A DNA stretch of 64,000 nucleotides from Botryllus schlosseri (lineage: Eukaryota): positions 20,648,001 through 20,712,000 of the forward strand of contig CM119372.1 of assembly GCA_051294905.1 (NCBI GenBank). Reading direction: 5' to 3'. A program made the translations under genes and the position numbers. Below are positions 61,654-64,000 of this stretch, one piece after another. The first letter of the stretch is position 1. Each line of letters opens with the position of its first letter. The notes beneath the pieces are model-generated. The model worked only from the letters and a program-made list of their open reading frames with translations, had not been told where the DNA came from and searched no databases.

Positions 61654-61885
61654 GTATGCGTGTTGTGCAGAGGCGGTCAGTAACGAAGTTGGTCCGCTTT
61701 TTCAAAGTACTGAAGTAGATTTTGCCTACTTGCACTACTTCCTCAAGCAGTTATGAGGATAAACTACTTCCGCTTCCACTTTACATTTTTTATGCAAAAC
61801 CTCTTGTGCTAAAGCTAAACTCTGGATTTTGGATTAGAGATGTATTTACAATTACATCAATTTTTTGAGTGACACAACTTTGTAC

Positions 61886-62010
61886 TAGAGCTGGGCATGG
61901 ACCGGAGCCGGATTGGATATCCAGCCGGATTTTCTCCTTTTTGGCCGGAGCCGGATCAGTACTTTTTCTGATACGGCCGGAGTCGGATCTGAACCGGATC
62001 AGTCCTTTTT
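61886..62010. repeat. MITE end with CCGGA repeats
   Basis: TAGAGCTGGGCA followed by repeated GCCGGA(G/T); matching terminus not located. Confidence 0.5.
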
Positions 62011-62688
62011 AACTAAGAAGAGCCCGCTTCCACCATCGAATCAACGGTTGAAGTGAAATGTTCATGGAGATAAACCCCATGCTAAGTCCAAGTTGGTGTA
62101 ATTACTTCAGATAAGGGAGGTTTGATCTTTTAGTATTAGTTTTCTGTTTGTATTCAAAACTATCCTGTGAGTAGATAATTATTATCGGAGTTTTGCGAAC
62201 CGGATCACGGTCATTTCTAGAATCCAGCCTAGGAGTCGGACCAGTGCTTAACAAACATGATCGGAGAAGGACAAGAGAATTTGTCGATCCGCTCAGCACT
62301 ACTTTGCACACACTGTATCACGATAACTGGATGTGTGGTATCTTTTCGAAACTGAGTTCGCAGTGACATGTTTCATATTCTGTTGGTCGCGAGGATGTGT
62401 GTTGCAGTTTCGATCGTACTCAGTCAAGTCATATCGGATCAACTGCTGAAAGTATGCCACCCATCGACCAAATGCACTTGCTCATATCTTCATTTTCTAC
62501 TTCCACTTGAAATAGTTTTGATATGTTTTGAAATCTAACTATACTTCTACTTGCAGTGGAGTAGAGTGTTATCTGCTTACTTCTAACTCTATACTTGAGA
62601 AGCCAACGTAGACGATTTTGACCATCTCTGCTGTCGTGCTCTCCAGCTAACCATATGCACGGTGTCAAGAACTTAATTTCTTTGACAG

Positions 62689-63084
62689 CTGCAACAAGCC
62701 GGATATCTACAAAGGTCCGGATACGGTGACACTTATCCAGTATCCTTGACATCCGCATGCCTGTCCCGACCTCGCATGTCTCCAATCTCGGCACCGGCCA
62801 GAATGACGCCTCCTTTCGTGTCCCCCGCGGCGCCTGGACGCATCCCGCAACCGTCCGAAGAAATGCTGCAGTGTCCGTCTCTGTCCGCGCTATTGCGTAC
62901 GGATTGTGAAAGCCGGGAGATGGCGGGGTATCTACAAAATGCTTTTTCAGCGTCTGATAGCGGAAAGCCATCGGATGCGTCGGGGTCTGTGGGAAAAGTC
63001 CGGGTTCCGGGCGCGCTGGAATCGAATGAGATTGGACGTATTGCAAGAACCCGTGGAGATCGCGACACTAATTTTAGCAAGTAA
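62689..63084 (+). CDS. C2H2 zinc-finger gene, probable last coding exon (Pro/Ser-rich: LQQAGYLQRSGYGDTYPVSLTSACLSRPRMSPISAP...DTNFSK*)
   Basis: Acceptor tttctttgacag| at 62688; phase 0 is in frame with the GC-rich ORF ending TAA at 63084. A possible donor (AA|gtaagg at 63081) overlaps the stop. Confidence 0.7.
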   Translation: MQQAGYLQRSGYGDTYPVSLTSACLSRPRMSPISAPARMTPPFVSPAAPGRIPQPSEEMLQCPSLSALLRTDCESREMAGYLQNAFSASDSGKPSDASGSVGKVRVPGALESNEIGRIARTRGDRDTNFSK

Positions 63085-64000
63085 GGCAGAAATTGAGAAT
63101 GAGTATCACCAGCTGTAATTTTGGTCGAACAATCATAAGAGGTAGATGTTAGCCTTCACGCGAAGCCGCTATAGTAAGAAATCGATAGCGCAAGTGCATG
63201 CGCTCTTTACTTTTCTTGGTTCTGCATTGTATAAAATAACCGAAAACATCAACACAACGTCAATGAAATAGTCCGGAGAAGAAGAGATGTTCTCTCTGGT
63301 ATTAGTAAGTCGGGTTCCGTAAAACTTGTCCATATCTAAATAACAGTACTACCACAAGCGGATATTGGAAATTGATTGCTCCAGACCTTATAACGATAAT
63401 AATCAATTCCCATATGTTGCTCATATTGTCGTTCTTCTTTTCCTTCAATTAAAAGTTCTTGAATAGATTTGCGAGTGTTGCATATCCTGCATGCAGTCAC
63501 ACAGGGTCAAAATCATTCATCCTTGAGTATATACGCCACGATCGTATGACTTAACATATCGCTTTCACATCCGCTTACACCTACACCAACAATATCGTGC
63601 TATCCGACAAGTAGTCCATAGCATTTTCGTAATCCAGGCCAACTATTTCGGTACGATTGGGCTATTATTGGGCCGGTATTGGCTGACTGTGTAGATCGCG
63701 ATAGGCTCCCGATACTATTTTAAATGACGTGGTGATGCAAACTTCGTTGCGCTGCAGAATAAAACCAGAGGTGCTCTATATCGGAGAACCACTTTTTCGT
63801 GGCTTATTGGTATTGTTATCGGGTGACATTCGATCTGCATCAAAATTACCGACTATGATAATATCTGTGGATCGAAGGCTTACTCCCCGATGTTTGTATA
63901 CCAACACATTGCATACAATGTCACACACCTCCATTTACGCGTATACTGTTGTGGGCAAACAAGCGCGACGTATGTCTGGATGGTATTTTTTCGTGGAATG

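Noticed and set aside
60936..63080. Minus-strand ORFs at 60936, 61264, 62429 and 62733
   Set aside because: Antisense shadows of the GC-rich zinc-finger exons.

Overview
Eukaryotic (invertebrate animal; an ascidian/tunicate is plausible but cannot be confirmed from the sequence) genomic DNA with spliceosomal introns and a very high load of non-autonomous hAT elements, SINEs and other repeats. Host genes reconstructed by hand: a 3-exon, 156-aa calmodulin-like gene (minus, 21332->10018) whose four EF-hand loops all lack the position-12 Glu; an intronic tRNA-Lys(CTT); and a 4-finger C2H2 zinc-finger gene (plus; exons 52998-53183, 61322-61653, 62689-63084) with two candidate, mutually similar first coding exons (39316, 47780). 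The most unusual part is 1-2393: tightly packed, apparently intronless ORFs (a Bcl-2-like protein, a tandem OB-fold ssDNA-binding protein, an acidic ORF running off the edge), followed by a subterminal repeat array that ends in a piggyBac-type terminus (AAGGG|TTAA). This looks like the end of a large virus-like or cargo-carrying transposon. Just outside it is an intronless ParB/Srx-fold (DNRRL motif) protein with a C-terminal membrane anchor. Also present: an internally deleted Gypsy provirus, a truncated DUF4371-type hAT transposase in a multi-level nest, and a 3.2-kb foldback (Sola2-like) element in a zinc-finger intron. Protein family calls rest on visual motif recognition, not on searches.
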